Below are positions 19,502 to 31,934 of a stretch of DNA of 64,000 nucleotides, one piece after another. The DNA is taken from the NCBI RefSeq assembly GCF_021028975.2, contig NC_059438.1, positions 25,358,001 through 25,422,000 of the forward strand, read 5' to 3'. This DNA is from Sphaerodactylus townsendi. Lineage: Eukaryota. The notes under the pieces were generated by a model. That model did not search any database, was not told where the DNA came from, and saw only the letters and a program-made list of their open reading frames with translations. How positions within the stretch are numbered: position 1 is the first letter of the stretch; each line of letters starts with the position of its first letter. Both the position numbers and the translations under genes were made by a program.

Positions 19502-19846
19502 TTTCAAAATGTACAATATTAAATAACAATTCTCCAAATGTCTTTCTTTTCAACTTTTAAACGTTGGAGTCCTGCTGAAGTTCACCACAAAGTAGAAACC
19601 AAATAGTCCTGACCAAAAAAAACTGTCATTCAACTGGAAACGGAGACCCAACCGTGGCCTGCGGCGCGCAGAGGAGAAGGCGCTGTTTCCAGGACCAGAG
19701 ACCAAAGGCCCAGGTGCGCCTGCAGGGCCGTTCAGCTGCCAGCTCATCAGCCCAAGGGCGTGGCCTCCCAGAAGCAGCCTTGCTGATCCACCCCTTGCGC
19801 ACACACACAAACACAAGCACGCGTGCTGATCGCAGCAGCCCTGAGT

Positions 19847-22800
19847 TCAGGTGAGACCCAGTTTCTTCATGGTCCGCCAGCGGTCCTTGATCATAACTGG
19901 AGTGCGTTTCTTGAAGTTATAAGCCTGGGAAATCGCTTTCCAGTTCCCTTCGCCGTACTTCTTCACACCAGCCCTGATCCACTCTGTCTCTTCTTCGGTC
20001 CACTTCTGTGAAATGAAGGACAGAGACCGTTGGGGAAATGTTCCCGGGGCTGAACCCGGCCTTCTCAAGCACATCGTGGCTTATTCTGTTCCCAAAGCTA
20101 AGTAGCCTGGCCTTCCCCCCCTCCCCCCTGCCATTTACAAATAGCTTTTTAAAAGAAGTGATGCAACACACAGGAGAGCTGAATGCAAGCTGGGAAATCT
20201 GTGGCTCAGACTTCAGGCCACTGAATCAAGGGAGCTACTGGCAGGACCCCCCTCCTCCTATGCTGGGCTCCTCCTTTACCATGTTATTTAGAATACAGAT
20301 GCAACGCCCTTGCTGGGACCTTCAAGGCCCCTTGGAGGGATGCTCCTTATGGCCAAGAAGCACTCAGAAACTGCCTGTCCCACCAAAAGATCTGAGTAGA
20401 ATTGTGATTCATCCACTACCACTTCCTGGACCTTCTTTGTTGTCTCCAACCCTCCTCCTGCCTGATGGGGCAGCATCATTCTAAGAATGCCGTGCATTTC
20501 CTCAGCCTCCCTCCCCTTGCCCCCCACGAAGGGGGGAGAAGGAGGGGGTTAACCCAGAGGAATTTGGCTGAACGGCAAGAGGGCCTTGATGTGGGGAGGG
20601 AGGATCACAGGCCGCGGATGTGGCTTCGAAAGTCCGCCTCGCAGGCACGGTGTCTTGGAGGGGACGAGAGCAGCAGGGCCGTGAATGAGCACATGCTGAG
20701 GCAGCGTTGCTTCGCAGCCAGCCTGACTGGAGCTTTGCCTGCCCCTTGCTCCCTCCTCCCTGCCTCCCGCTCGCTGGGAGCTCTCTGCACGAGAACCAGC
20801 TGCTGGAGTTCACACCTGCTCATCTGGGGTGGTTTTGGGAGGCGTGTGGATGCTGGCGGTGGAGTGTGTGCTCGGATCCTCCTTCCAGGGGCCAAAGCAC
20901 AGGGCCGGGGGCCGGGGGGGTGAGAAGCCAGGAAAGCCGTGGATGGGGCTGCTTCTCCCAGGGAACAGGCGGAGGCTGCCACTGCTGGGGACCTGGGGGG
21001 CTGCTCTGGGAAGGCGAGTGGGAGGGGCCACAGCTGGGCTTTTCGCTTAGGCGGGCCGGAGAGACCAGAGCAGGAGGAGGAGCAGCAGAATGAGATACGT
21101 TGCTGCTGCGGCGCCATATAGCAAGAGACTCTGCGCTGGCAGCCTCAGAGACTGTGCGCAGTAACTGCAGTCCGACCAGCAACTCCTTTGCAGGATACGG
21201 AAGGACAGGAACATTCCTCCCCACCCTCCTCTCGCCCAAAACACCAGGGACTATTTTCCACTGCAGAAACAAGTTACTTCCGCTGCACTTAGATCTTCGG
21301 GTGGGAAAGGGCGGGGTGAAAGAACCGCTCGCCTTTCGGAAGGGCATCTGGCAAGCCTGGCCTGTGGGTCACCAAGTCTGAGCTCTTGCAGGGCTGTCCT
21401 GCAGTTACCTGTTTTTTTGTTCCAAACGTGGACGAAGTCATGGAGCTGTCTCCCCCAGAAGACGCTGGAAGAGAAATCCAGTTAGCCACTCCAAAGCAAC
21501 AACCTTCCTCCTCTGCAGGCAGCAGACAGACTAACGGGTGGGGAAGGGGGGTGGGTGGACACAGACAGCAGCTGCTTTGTATGTTAGTTAAAATAACTCT
21601 AAGCCAGACTTTTCTGAAGGTATTTGGTACCTTCCCAAGTAAGCCACTGAAAAGACCCTGTCTCTTCCGCACCTGATCTGAGAATGCCAGACTGGATAAA
21701 ACCTTGCCCCCACCCCCAACCTCGACAGGCAATTGCCTGCAGCCCCCAGCGATCTTGAGGGGGGTGGCTTGGGTGCAGCCTGCTCCCGCTAGCATCCCAG
21801 GCAGGGAGTGACTCCTCCTGCTCCTGGGCAATGGTGCCCTTCCCCCACAGGACTCTGCCCCAGAGCAGCTTCTTCCGCTGGGCCTGGAGAAGCCGTAGAG
21901 GCAGCCAGCCTGGCCCCGCCCACCAGCAGCACTCACCACAGTCGAAGAGCTCGTCCTCCTCACTCCAGGTGTCCTTCTCTTCTTGCTCGGGGTTGGCGCT
22001 GGACTCGGTCTGCCTGCATTCAACAGAGGGACAGAAGCTGCACTGAAGGACGGTGCTGCACTCTGCGTGAGTGACATCAAGCCTGGGTTTATACACACAC
22101 GCCCACAAATGTGGGGTGGGGGTGAGAGGAAGCCGATGGAGATCAAACTTGCAGAGCAATCGCAAGCACGTGAAACAAGCAGCCAAGGACTCCCTTGTCA
22201 AGGGCTGGCATAGAGAAGCTGCCAGGTGCCTCCAAAGAGCCCCAAGGTGCATTTTCCCCAACAGAAGTCTTTTGGCCGGCCTCCTCTGCTCAGAGTCCAT
22301 TTGCTTTCTTGCCTTATGGCCTGTTATGTATCACCCAAAGGGCATTTCCTTATCTGTTGCCCACAGGTGGGCTACCCAAGACCTAACCCTTTTTCCAGAG
22401 ACACCAAACACACTTAGAAGAACGGGAGATGCTTCTGCCTTATCAGACAGCAGTGGTGCATAGTTTTGTGTGGCGTCTGTTTCCAAGTGCTCAATACGCA
22501 CTACAAGGTCTCCTGCAGTGTTCCTTACATCAGGAAATATGTAGTCCATATTTTACTGAAGCACACCACCCAACAGCTTCCTGGTTAAGGTGAGACTGGA
22601 AACCAGCAACTTCTAGCTCACATCTCATGGTGCTAACCACCACAACGCTCCAGCTCCCTCCATCCCTCTCCAGGATCGGGTTGTCCACACTGTAAAAATC
22701 AAGTGGAGACTCTTGCTCACATTATTCTTGACTGTCCGAGATATGTGGGCATCAGGAATTTCTCTCCCAGGCTGGCCCTAGACAAATCTGAAAGTGACTC

Positions 22801-25800
22801 TGACTGTTCTGTTGTGGAGCTTCTGTTAAACAACACAGATGTCATGCTCTTGGAAAAAGCAAAATTTCTTTTACAAGTGACAGAACTTTCTAAGTAATGT
22901 ATACTGCTATATACAGTCTTCCTGTCTGCACTTTGAATGTACTCTTGATTTGTATTTCAAAAATGTCTGGCAACGCTCTAGAACCTATTTTTAAATGCCA
23001 AATAAAGGTGGTTGTTGTTGTTAATAACTCCAGCTCCCCAACATCCCAAGCTCAGAACTCCTCTCTCACCTTGGAAACCAGGAACCACGTGGCCGGCTGG
23101 GTGTTTCAGGCTCTGCAGGCTCTGCAGGCTGGGCAGCCGGAGCCGCCAGTGGCTCCTGCGTCACGTCCACCTGGGCACACAAGCCACACGAGCAGGCAGT
23201 CTCAAACCCCTTGACCAGGCTGCTGACGGTCACCAGGCATTTCCTCTTCTGAACGGAGGAAGGCGACCCAGGGGCAGACTTCTCTTTCCTCCGATGCGTC
23301 ACTTGGTGGGGCAGCGAAATCTGCGTTGGGCAAATCCAGTCTGTCTCATCCAGTCTGGAAAAAGCAGCATCTGCGCCTGCAGAGCCATAGAGGGCCTTGA
23401 ATGCCGCTCTCAGATCAGACAGGTTGTGGAACGCTGGCCTCCTGGGGGCGCACCTGCAAAAACAGAACCTCAGCAGGGGGGAGGGTCTCAGAGGTGGCTT
23501 CTCTCCCCACTAGTGAGCTAGGCTGCTCCACCTGCCAAAAGTTCCAAGAAGGTTTTGACCTACAGAGCCCTTTCTCAGATAGAATGGAAAGGAGCACCAG
23601 TTCCCTGCAGCAGAGCGAGGCTGCAAAGCTAAGGCGGTCTGTTGCTTCACAAACTTGGACGCAAAAATGTGCTGCAGCTTTTCAGTGGCCCAGCCCGAGT
23701 CCCAGGGTTCCCCCATTCCTTTGGCTCCTGCTGCTCCTGAGACGTGAGTACTTTTTACAGGTACCCAGCGATCCCATTCTCCTTTTGTGCTGGATTTCCT
23801 GAAGTTTACATTCAAGAACCTTTAATGAGGGCAACTAATTTACTCAAGACCATCTGAAATTATGATCCAAACCACCAAGACTAAAGGGCGGGTTTTCACA
23901 TTATGTAACCAACATGTTTTCTGAGGAAGAAGGCATACAAATGGGTTGAAACAATTAAAACATTTTGGTTTGGAGTCAAACACAGCCAAACTTTTCGACC
24001 AAACTGGCCGGAAAGAAACACAACCTCACACTTACTGACCCCTGGGCTGTTCTGTTGCCCCAGGTTACTCACCTGCCTGAGGTCAGGGGAGACCCTCGGG
24101 ACGCTCCAGGAGTCTCTGCTGTTACCATCTGCTCTGCAGCCACACTCCCCTTGCTGGATGTTCCTGAGAGACTGAGCCTGGGTGCCTGCACAGCCGCCAA
24201 GTTCTGTTGTGCCATCTTAAACAGAGAGCAGACAGATACACCCACTCACAGGAAAAGCTCTTTTCGTTCACTCTTGTTTTCTAGTTCTGCACGCATGCCC
24301 CATGCAACCTGGGACCAAGGTGTTGGAAGGCACCCTGGCTCACTGGGAAAGATCTCCGGAACTCACCATGGCCTTCCTAAGATGGCCCCCAAGAACAAGT
24401 CCAGAGCCAGCCAGACAGCTGGAAGGGTGATACTTCCGCTATGGGAACTGGGTCTCCAACAGCAGCCTGCATTCCTGGCATGTAGCCAGGAAGGGTTGTG
24501 GCTCAGTGGCAGAGTCTCCGCTCGGCACGTGGAGGGCCCCAAGTTCAGTACCCAGAGTCTCCAGTTTAAAGGACTCAAATAGCCCAGGATGTGAAAGACC
24601 ATTTTGTGCCCAATAACCTGGGTTGACAATATTGACCTTGATGCCAGACCACAAGTCTGCACCTGTGTAAGGCAACTTCATGCAACTTCATCAGGGCTGA
24701 GCCCAGGAAACAAAAAGGAGCAGAAGGATGCTTACCTGAAGGAGGAAGGGCTCAGAGTCATCCAGGTAGTCTTCCAAGTATGCAAGAACTTGTTGCTGGA
24801 AGCCCCTGAAGGAGAAGTTCAAGATGATCGAATGAGAGAAGTTCCTCTCCTGGACGATGGTCTCCAAGGCCAATCTGGTGTCCTAGAAAAAAGGAAACGA
24901 AGGGGACAATCTTGATCCTCCTTGATCTGAGGTTCCAAAGGCCTTAGCAGACCAGGTGCTCAGCAGCAGCAGCAGCAGCAGCAGGCCATTGCTTTCACCA
25001 TCCTGCATGTAAGCTCCCAGAGGCACCTGGTGGGCCACTGCAAGTAGCAGATAGCTGAACTAGATGGACTCTGGTCTGATCCAGCAGGCTTGTTCTTATG
25101 TTCTTATGACAGTGGAAGTAGCATCTTCCTCTCTGCCCCCACTTCACTAACTGGGGAATCTTAAACTCAGAACACAAGTGCCAGACCACATGTGCAGTTT
25201 TGCACTTATTTCCCAAAGGTTTGGGAATCATGGTGACAGCAGAGATATGAGGTGCAAAAGGTAGGTGAGCCTGCAGACTCGTAGCCCTCTTAGCAAAGAA
25301 GATGGAAAATTTCCGAAAAATCTGAAGCCCGCAAAAACAGTAATTTGGCAGGAAATGGAAATATGTGGAATTCTTAATTTCCAATCAAACTTAAACCTTT
25401 TACTGAGTTAACAACACAAAATGTATAATTTACAACTAATTCAATCCATAAAATTGTACTATTTGGTATTTTTGTGGAATTAAAAAGTATAAATATCTTC
25501 ATTTTCTGTAAGAAAATTTTCAAGTGCATTCAGTTCTTAAGAGTTACAATTTGCTGCTGTACCCTCTGCCACTATAGCACATGTATCTTTTATTTTTGTC
25601 ACTTGAGAAAAATTAAAATTGAAGGCAAAAAAACCACACATTCTGCAGTAAAGCAAAGGTCGTTTATTACCTGCACCAAAAAAGCACAGCAGGTAAACCT
25701 ACCAGCATGTCTGGGCATTAAGCTAAAGTGTGCAACTCTGAAAACACTGAGTTCTTTCACAAAGTACATTGCAGCACACCGTTGTCTACATTTTCATTAA

Positions 25801-28800
25801 AGCAACAGAAAAAGAAAAATGCTGGGAAAGGTATAGATGTCTACAGTGTAAGAGTTCCCCCCCAGTGCTCCCCTCGAAATTTCCCATCAGAAAAACTGGG
25901 GGGGGGGGGGTCTCCTCAGAAAAAGACCATTTTATCCTGGGTCTCCATATCGCCACTAAGCTATCTAAGCATGCTAAGTTTGGATTTGTGGGTGAAGGAA
26001 CGGCCTGGTCTCACCTCCTCAACACTCACCTGGGTGTCTGGGTCCTGCGACATCTGTGTCTTCAGAAGCTGGCTGGCTTTTTCAAACTCCTGGTTCTTCA
26101 CGCAGGCAATGACAGCCTACAGAAGCAAGAAAATAATGGAGAGCGTTTTAACAATCCAAAAGATATACTAGCCAAGGATCTATTTCCTTGGAAACACCCC
26201 CCACACACACACACACAGACTGGTCCTCCGAGGGACCCCCTTCCGCCGCCCTGCAGGGAGTTTCCTGCTCAACCCTTGGCCTCCCGCTGGAAGCCGAGTG
26301 CTGGGGAGGCGCCTGCCTGTGCTCTCTCAGGCCGCAGATCAGCTTCAGTTCCTGCAGTTCATTCCAAGCCCCCTTGTAAGGACAGTTATAAGCCACACGG
26401 TCAGAAGCACAGAAATCTGATCCCCAGGATTTAAACCAAAGCTTACCAGTAACAGGCTGCCACTGGCTCCTCTGACATTACAGCAATACAAGCATTTCTA
26501 AAAGACCTCAGAAGTCTCTGCCCTTGACTTAAAAAAAAAATGGTAGCCCTAGAACAGTGGTGGCAAACCTTTGGCACTCCAGATGTTATGGACTACAATT
26601 CCCATCAGCCTGCCAGCATGGCCAATTGGCCATGCTGGCTGGGGCTGATGGGAATTGTAGTCCATAACATCTGGAATGCCAAAGGTTCGCCACCACTGCC
26701 CTAGAACAACAGGGAGGTCCTGCCTGGACTCTTCAAGGTCTGAAGATGAGAACTTTATCTTAGGGAAAAGGTGGCTTCAAAACCCAGTATTTTACAGGCC
26801 AGTAACTTTATTAACATGAGTTGCTCTCGTCATTCTCCCAACATGCCATAAACAACTAGGCAATGCTCATGTGTATGTCTGCAAGCTTGTGAGAAGTCTT
26901 TTGGTCTCATAATTTTAGTTGGTTCTTTGGGTTGCAGAGAGAACCATCAAAAAAGCAAAGTTCGAGTTTTAGATTATTGTCCTAATAAAAGCTCTCTCTT
27001 CTCCCTCTTGATTATAGCCCTTGGGACACAAAACTACAGGCACTGACCTGAACACACTTGTGAGTTAAATGGAAAACAACAAACACCCTCCAAAGAAAAG
27101 AACATCTTCCTTCTTACTGTTTCCTGTATTTTGCTTGTCAGGTTCTTTAAGACTGCCTCGTTCAGCTGGTGCTCCGACTTCAGGGTCTCCAGAAAGGCAA
27201 GGGCACTTTCAAAAGGTGCCTGCTCAGCCTCTGAATCGGTAATCCAGTCTACCACACACAGAAAGAATATTCCAGAATATGCCACAAAAATTTCATTTCA
27301 ATACAGCATCTCTCTCTCTCTGCACACACCCTCCCTCCCTACCAAATGAAGCATCCATCCTGTAAGCATAAATTTGTGCACGGAATATGTGTTGTCAAGC
27401 AAAAAGGCACCTAACAATTGGAAGCCTTAGACCTTGCAGCCATTACACCCAAAAGCCACTGTTTTGACTGCAAACTCTCAACTGAAATGGGAAGCATCTG
27501 GTCCTTAGAACCTAAGAACATAAGAACAAGCCAGCTGGATCAGACCAGAGTCCATCTAGTCCAGCTCTCTGCTACTCGCAGTGGCCCACCAGTGGTCCTT
27601 CTCTTCTTTGAGTTTCTCCCACTCTTTTCCCAACTGTTCCTTTCTTTTGTTGGGATACTGTAGTAGGGTTACGGCTGAGGGCTACAGTTGGCTCAATGTT
27701 TGCCAGCCCAAGTCGCCTCCTCCCAAAACTGCCCAAGGGCATCTTTCAATGGAAAAAAAAAAGAAAGCACCCCAGGAGCCCCTCCAGCCTGAACTCACTC
27801 TCTTCAAGTCGGGAGAGAAGCTGGACAATCCGCAGCTGAAGGTGGATGTGTTGTTCCAGAGCCAAGGGCCGCACGAGGACAGCTGCAGGAATGCAAGGCA
27901 GGCTGTTAGTTAAGCAGCCACAAAGCCAAAGGCCATACACGGCCCAGGGGCTCAGCAGGGGAACACACGGCTCTCTTAATGTGCTGCTTCTTGCATGTGA
28001 CAGTGTTTGTGCATGAACATACAGGCTGCCGTTCCACCTCAGCCATTTTTCCAGGCCATGAATGTGAAACCTACCCCACTGCTGGCTTCAGCAAGATCAC
28101 CCAGAAATCCATCCCGTGCTCTGTCAGAAGCTATCCTTCCCAAACAGAGAAAAAACTCCCATGCTCACAATAGACCAGCCCTTGAAGGAAATATACCATA
28201 GAAGCCCACTCAAAAGATGCTCCATGCTGTACCAACAGTTTGCTCCACAGAATTGTTGTGGAAGACACATGCACAACTTCTTGGACACACAATTGAGACA
28301 TTCTCAATCCTAATCCCTGGACTGCTAGCCTTGAGAGTCTGAGAGACAGCAACACGTTTAAAAATAGAAGAGGAAGGAGAAGAGGAGGAGTTTGGGTGGA
28401 CATCCCCTCTTCTACAGGAGAGAAAGAGGGGATATCAATCCAAATTCCTCCTCTTCTCCTGCAGGAGACTCAAAAGGGCTGACAATCTCCTTCCCCCCTC
28501 ACAACAAACACCCTGTGAGGTGGGTGGGGCTGAGAGAGCTCCAAAAATCTGTGACTAGTCCAAGGTCACCCAGCTGGCGTGTGTGGGAGTACGCAAGGTA
28601 ATCTGAATTCCCCAGATAAGCCTCCACAGCTCAAGCGGTAGAACAGGGCAACAAACCCGGTTCCTCCAGATTAGAATGCACCTGCTCTTAACCACTACGC
28701 CACTGCAGCTGGGAACTACTGTTATGTGTTTGCAATAAGCCCTCCAAGTCTTATGTTTAGCCTCTTTATTCAAGCTCAGCCAAAACAATGTAAAACACAT

Positions 28801-29936
28801 CCCAACAGCTGCATACGCTCCCATCCCTTACTATCCTTAAACACCAGCCTCTTAAAGAGACATACCCACTACACCGCAACTACTTATGGAAACCACTGTT
28901 TGAAAACGAGAGCCTGCCGTTCTCGCCCAACAGCGTGCACACCGGCTGCTTGCTCGAACAGTTGGGGGTGCGTCAGTTTTGCAGCTAAATGCAGACAGAA
29001 TAAAGCACAGAACAAGCCAGCCTGACACCAGGGCCTGCCGCCTGGCCCATTCACTGCCCAGCCCTTCAGCCCAGGCAAAGCTGCTGCCCGTGCGCCACTG
29101 GCGCCTCTCTGCTTTGCATCACTGGGGGTGGGGAGAGCAAGAAGGGGCCCGGGAGGGGCACAAGACACACAACAGACAGAATTGGGGTTTTGGGGGGCAT
29201 GCAACCCCCCCACCCACACAGAGTCGCTCTGTCACAGTGGGGTGCGAGCAGCCCCAGATGAAACACCCTGAGCCTGATGGGGGGGGGGGGTCCCTCTGGA
29301 TCCAAAGACCACCCCCGACCCCCAGTGGAAACACTGCAACTGGGCTGGACTGCTGGGCAACCAGGGATGGACGAGGGCGCAAAACCCAACAAAAAGGTGT
29401 TGTTTTTTTAATGATTTGGGTTTGGAAAAAGGCAGAAAAATGGGAAACGCAAACTTTGGCCGCCGGAGATGCGCGTGGGGGGGGGGGGGCGGGGGGGCGG
29501 GGGGGCTGTGCCTCTGCTTTAGCCCGGGCCTTTGATACCCCCCCTCCCGCTTGCCGCCTCTTCGCGAGGGGGGGGGAGAGGGGGGCTCCTGCCCGCGGCT
29601 TCGAGGGTTCGGGGCCAGCTGTGAGGAGGAGGAGGAGGAGGAGGAGGAGGAGGAGGGAAGCCGGAGCGCCGGCACCGCCCCCCTCCCTCCCTCCCTCCCT
29701 CCCTCCCTCCCCGCCGGCCACGCACCGTTGAGGATGTCCCGCAGCTGGCGGAAGTCGCGGCTGTCCCCCGCGCGGAAGGCCCGGACGGCGCGGTGGCAGT
29801 AGAAGAGCACCACCCAGCGCCCCACCGCCTCGTCCAGCGCCCGCCCGCGCCCCTGCGCCGCCATCGCCCAGCCACGCCCGCCGCCGCCGTTTCGCGCCAT
29901 GCCGCCGGAAGGCGACGCCCCGCCCCCGGACTCCAT
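19847..29936 (-). CDS. TERF2: Telomeric repeat-binding factor 2 (shelterin TRF2), about 488 aa, 10 exons
   Basis: Exons 29936-29726, 27882-27799, 27248-27118, 26116-26030, 24882-24736, 24215-24073, 23441-23070, 22013-21937, 21464-21409, 20005-19847 total 1467 nt, phase-consistent. TRFH ([13 protein letters not shown]...DFRQLRDI), RAP1-binding-like [22 protein letters not shown], iDDR-like [13 protein letters not shown], Myb [22 protein letters not shown]...[12 protein letters not shown]. Start codon uncertain (29936, 29900 or 29864). Confidence 0.93.
22672..23024 (+). mobile_element. Non-LTR retrotransposon 3' fragment with CCHC motif (clade uncertain)
   Basis: [21 protein letters not shown] followed by AATAAAGG and a (GTT)n tail; same family as 45040-45480 (-). 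Confidence 0.7.
24908..25110 (+). mobile_element. CR1 3' UTR tail
   Basis: Near-identical to 33214-33398 and 35486-35680; ends in (TTCTTATG)n. Further tails at about 27513-27595 (-) and 37220-37337 (+). Confidence 0.8.
26555..26698. mobile_element. Palindromic hAT MITE, 144 bp
   Basis: Near-perfect full-length hairpin, TIR CAGTGGTGGC(A/G)AACCTTTGGCA, perfect 8-bp TSD CCCTAGAA (26547-26554, 26699-26706). Half copy at about 44190-44270. Confidence 0.9.
28368..28710 (-). mobile_element. tRNA-derived SINE (Squam3-like)
   Basis: Homologous to 35910-36272 and 41480-41789; tRNA-like head, CORE-like GGGTGACCTTGG, CT-rich tail. Confidence 0.8.
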
Positions 29937-30260
29937 TTCCCAGGGTGCACTGGTCCGGCGCGCTCGGGCTGCGTCACGCGCGCGAAGGTCGCCTTCATTC
30001 CGCGCTGGCGGGAGGGCGGGGCTCTGGCGGCCGCGGAGACGCGCCCAGCCTGGTCAGTGCGGGCAGGCGGGGCGGGGCTACAGGCCTACATGGCGGGGTT
30101 GTTGTGAGGGCTGCCCGGCGGCGAGTGTGCTGCGTCGAGCCTTCTCGCCGCCTTTAGTAAGCAGGTCTTGTGCGAATTGGTCCCGCTCTGAAGACGCCGC
30201 CGTCTCTTCCGGCCCCGACGACAGGCGACGCTGCTCGCACTGCTAAGCCCGGGCGTGTCT
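29450..30260. promoter_or_regulatory. CpG island / TERF2 promoter
   Basis: CpG-dense region covering TERF2 exon 1; boundaries approximate. Confidence 0.7.
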
Positions 30261-30867
30261 ACTCAGGAGCAGGGACTGAATGCAGCCTCCTCCGCTTTGC
30301 CTTGCAGCAGACCTTCCCTGCCAGTCCAGCTGGGGTCCGGACACCGAAACCTGCAGAAAATTGCCAGGAGATGGAGACCCCTGTCCGCCCGAAGGGCGCT
30401 GGCGAAGAAGCTGAGGGTCGTCGTAGGTTTTTCTGCCCCGGCCATTAGCGCCCTCCTGAGGATCCCTGTTCCCAGGACCTCTCTTCCTGTGGCAGAATGA
30501 CACCTGAACCAATGTGGGGTTTTTTTTGGGGGGGGGAGGGGTAGCGCGCAGATAGCCCCCTGCCTTCTGCCCCATTGGCAGCATCTCTGCCCACGCTGGA
30601 GAAAGTGACATCGGTGTTCAGCCCTTGCCTGGGCATTTGCAACGTGATAGCAACCCAAACCAAGTTGTATGGAAGAATCATCCCTATTTAAAAACAACAA
30701 CAAAGGAGCTGGATGTCTTCGGAGAGTTGCTGAGCACCCTGAAGGGCATGAGCACTCTCCGCAGGATGCATTGTGGATCTGGGTTGTCTTGACCGTGCAC
30801 AAAGCCACCTGTGCTGCTGGTACACAGTTGTGTTGCCCTTGAGTTGCCCCGTTTTTTTGCTCCAGAG

Positions 30868-31053
30868 CAGTGGTTCTCAACCTTCCCAATGTAGCAACCC
30901 TTTAATACAGTTCCTCGTGTTGTGGTGACCCCCAACCCTAACATTTATCCATTTTACAGATAGAGAACGCTGGTGCAGAGAGTCTTAGGCAACCCCTGTG
31001 AAAGGGTCGTTCGACCCCCAAAGGGGTCCTGACCCCCAGGTTGAGAACTACTG
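30868..31053. mobile_element. SPIN (Space Invader)-like hAT MITE, 186 bp
   Basis: TIR CAGTGGTTCTCAACCT / AGGTTGAGAACTACTG, perfect TSD CTCCAGAG (30860-30867, 31054-31061). Internal CCCTTTAATACAGTTCCTC..GTTGTGGTGACCCCCAACC and CCCCTGTGAAAGGGTCGTTCGACCCCCAAAGGGGTC match recalled SPIN ends. Confidence 0.9.
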
Positions 31054-31934
31054 CTCCAGAGGGTTTGGCGGTTGTGTGCCTGCAGCATCTATCCTGGCCA
31101 GGAGAGAGCAACCAAGAGTAGGTTTCCAGGACTGGTTCCTTCCTCTCCCTTGGCTGACCTAGGAAAGAGGGCTGTTCTTTTCTAGCAGATACTGTTTAGT
31201 GGTTGGAATCCGTGAAAATGAGCCTCTACGGAAGTGCCAGGGGCTGGTAGATGTCCTGTGGTTTCCAAAACCAATGAAAGGTACCACAATTCTGATTCAC
31301 AGGTGTAGACACTGCTGAGCTAATTATGAGCAGAAAGAGCCTGTTTGAATTCTCCCCAGTGCAAAAGAACTGCCTCTCAGCTACTAATGCAGGCCTAACA
31401 CAGAGCCTGCACAGTCAGAGAAGAGTCTCTGTGTTAGGATTACTCCCTGACATCTTCTGTTGCCTTTAGCTAGTGGTTCCCTGTCCCATAGGATGATGGG
31501 AGTTGGAAGGGGCCATGCAGGCTATCTAGTCCAGCCCCCTGCTCAACGCAGAATAAGCCTTGAACAACACTGGCAAACTGAAGGAGATCTCACCCTCTTT
31601 TCTCCCAAAGAAGATTACTGGTTCATCCCTGAACTTTAAGGCAGAAGGCTGGGGGATGAAGGCAAGCTCTGGAGTGCTCTCAGCCTGCTAGCTCCCCCTG
31701 GCCCCAGCTGCAATTGCTTTGAAACCAGATAGTTTGCAATGGTGGGGTGGTGGAGGCATCATGAGAGAAGCGGGGTCTGCCCCGGCTCTCTCTCCCAGGT
31801 TTGTTTCCTTCAGAGCATCGGCTTGCTTTTCCTCCAGCTGCAGAAGCAGAAGCAGCCATTTTTGATGGAGCAGAGACTGGGAATCTCTTCGCCACCATCT
31901 CACAAGTTTTCAGAGTTCCAGAAATAGTTGTTGC

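Noticed and set aside
20288-21347. ORFs in TERF2 intron 9 as extra exons or a nested gene
   Set aside because: No family similarity or convincing paired splice sites; exons 9 and 10 already join in frame.
21599-22300. 233-aa ORF extending TERF2 exon 8
   Set aside because: Only 22013-21937 resembles TRF2; the upstream acceptor candidate is out of phase with exon 7.
19847-29936. Telomeric TTAGGG arrays within or near TERF2
   Set aside because: None seen.
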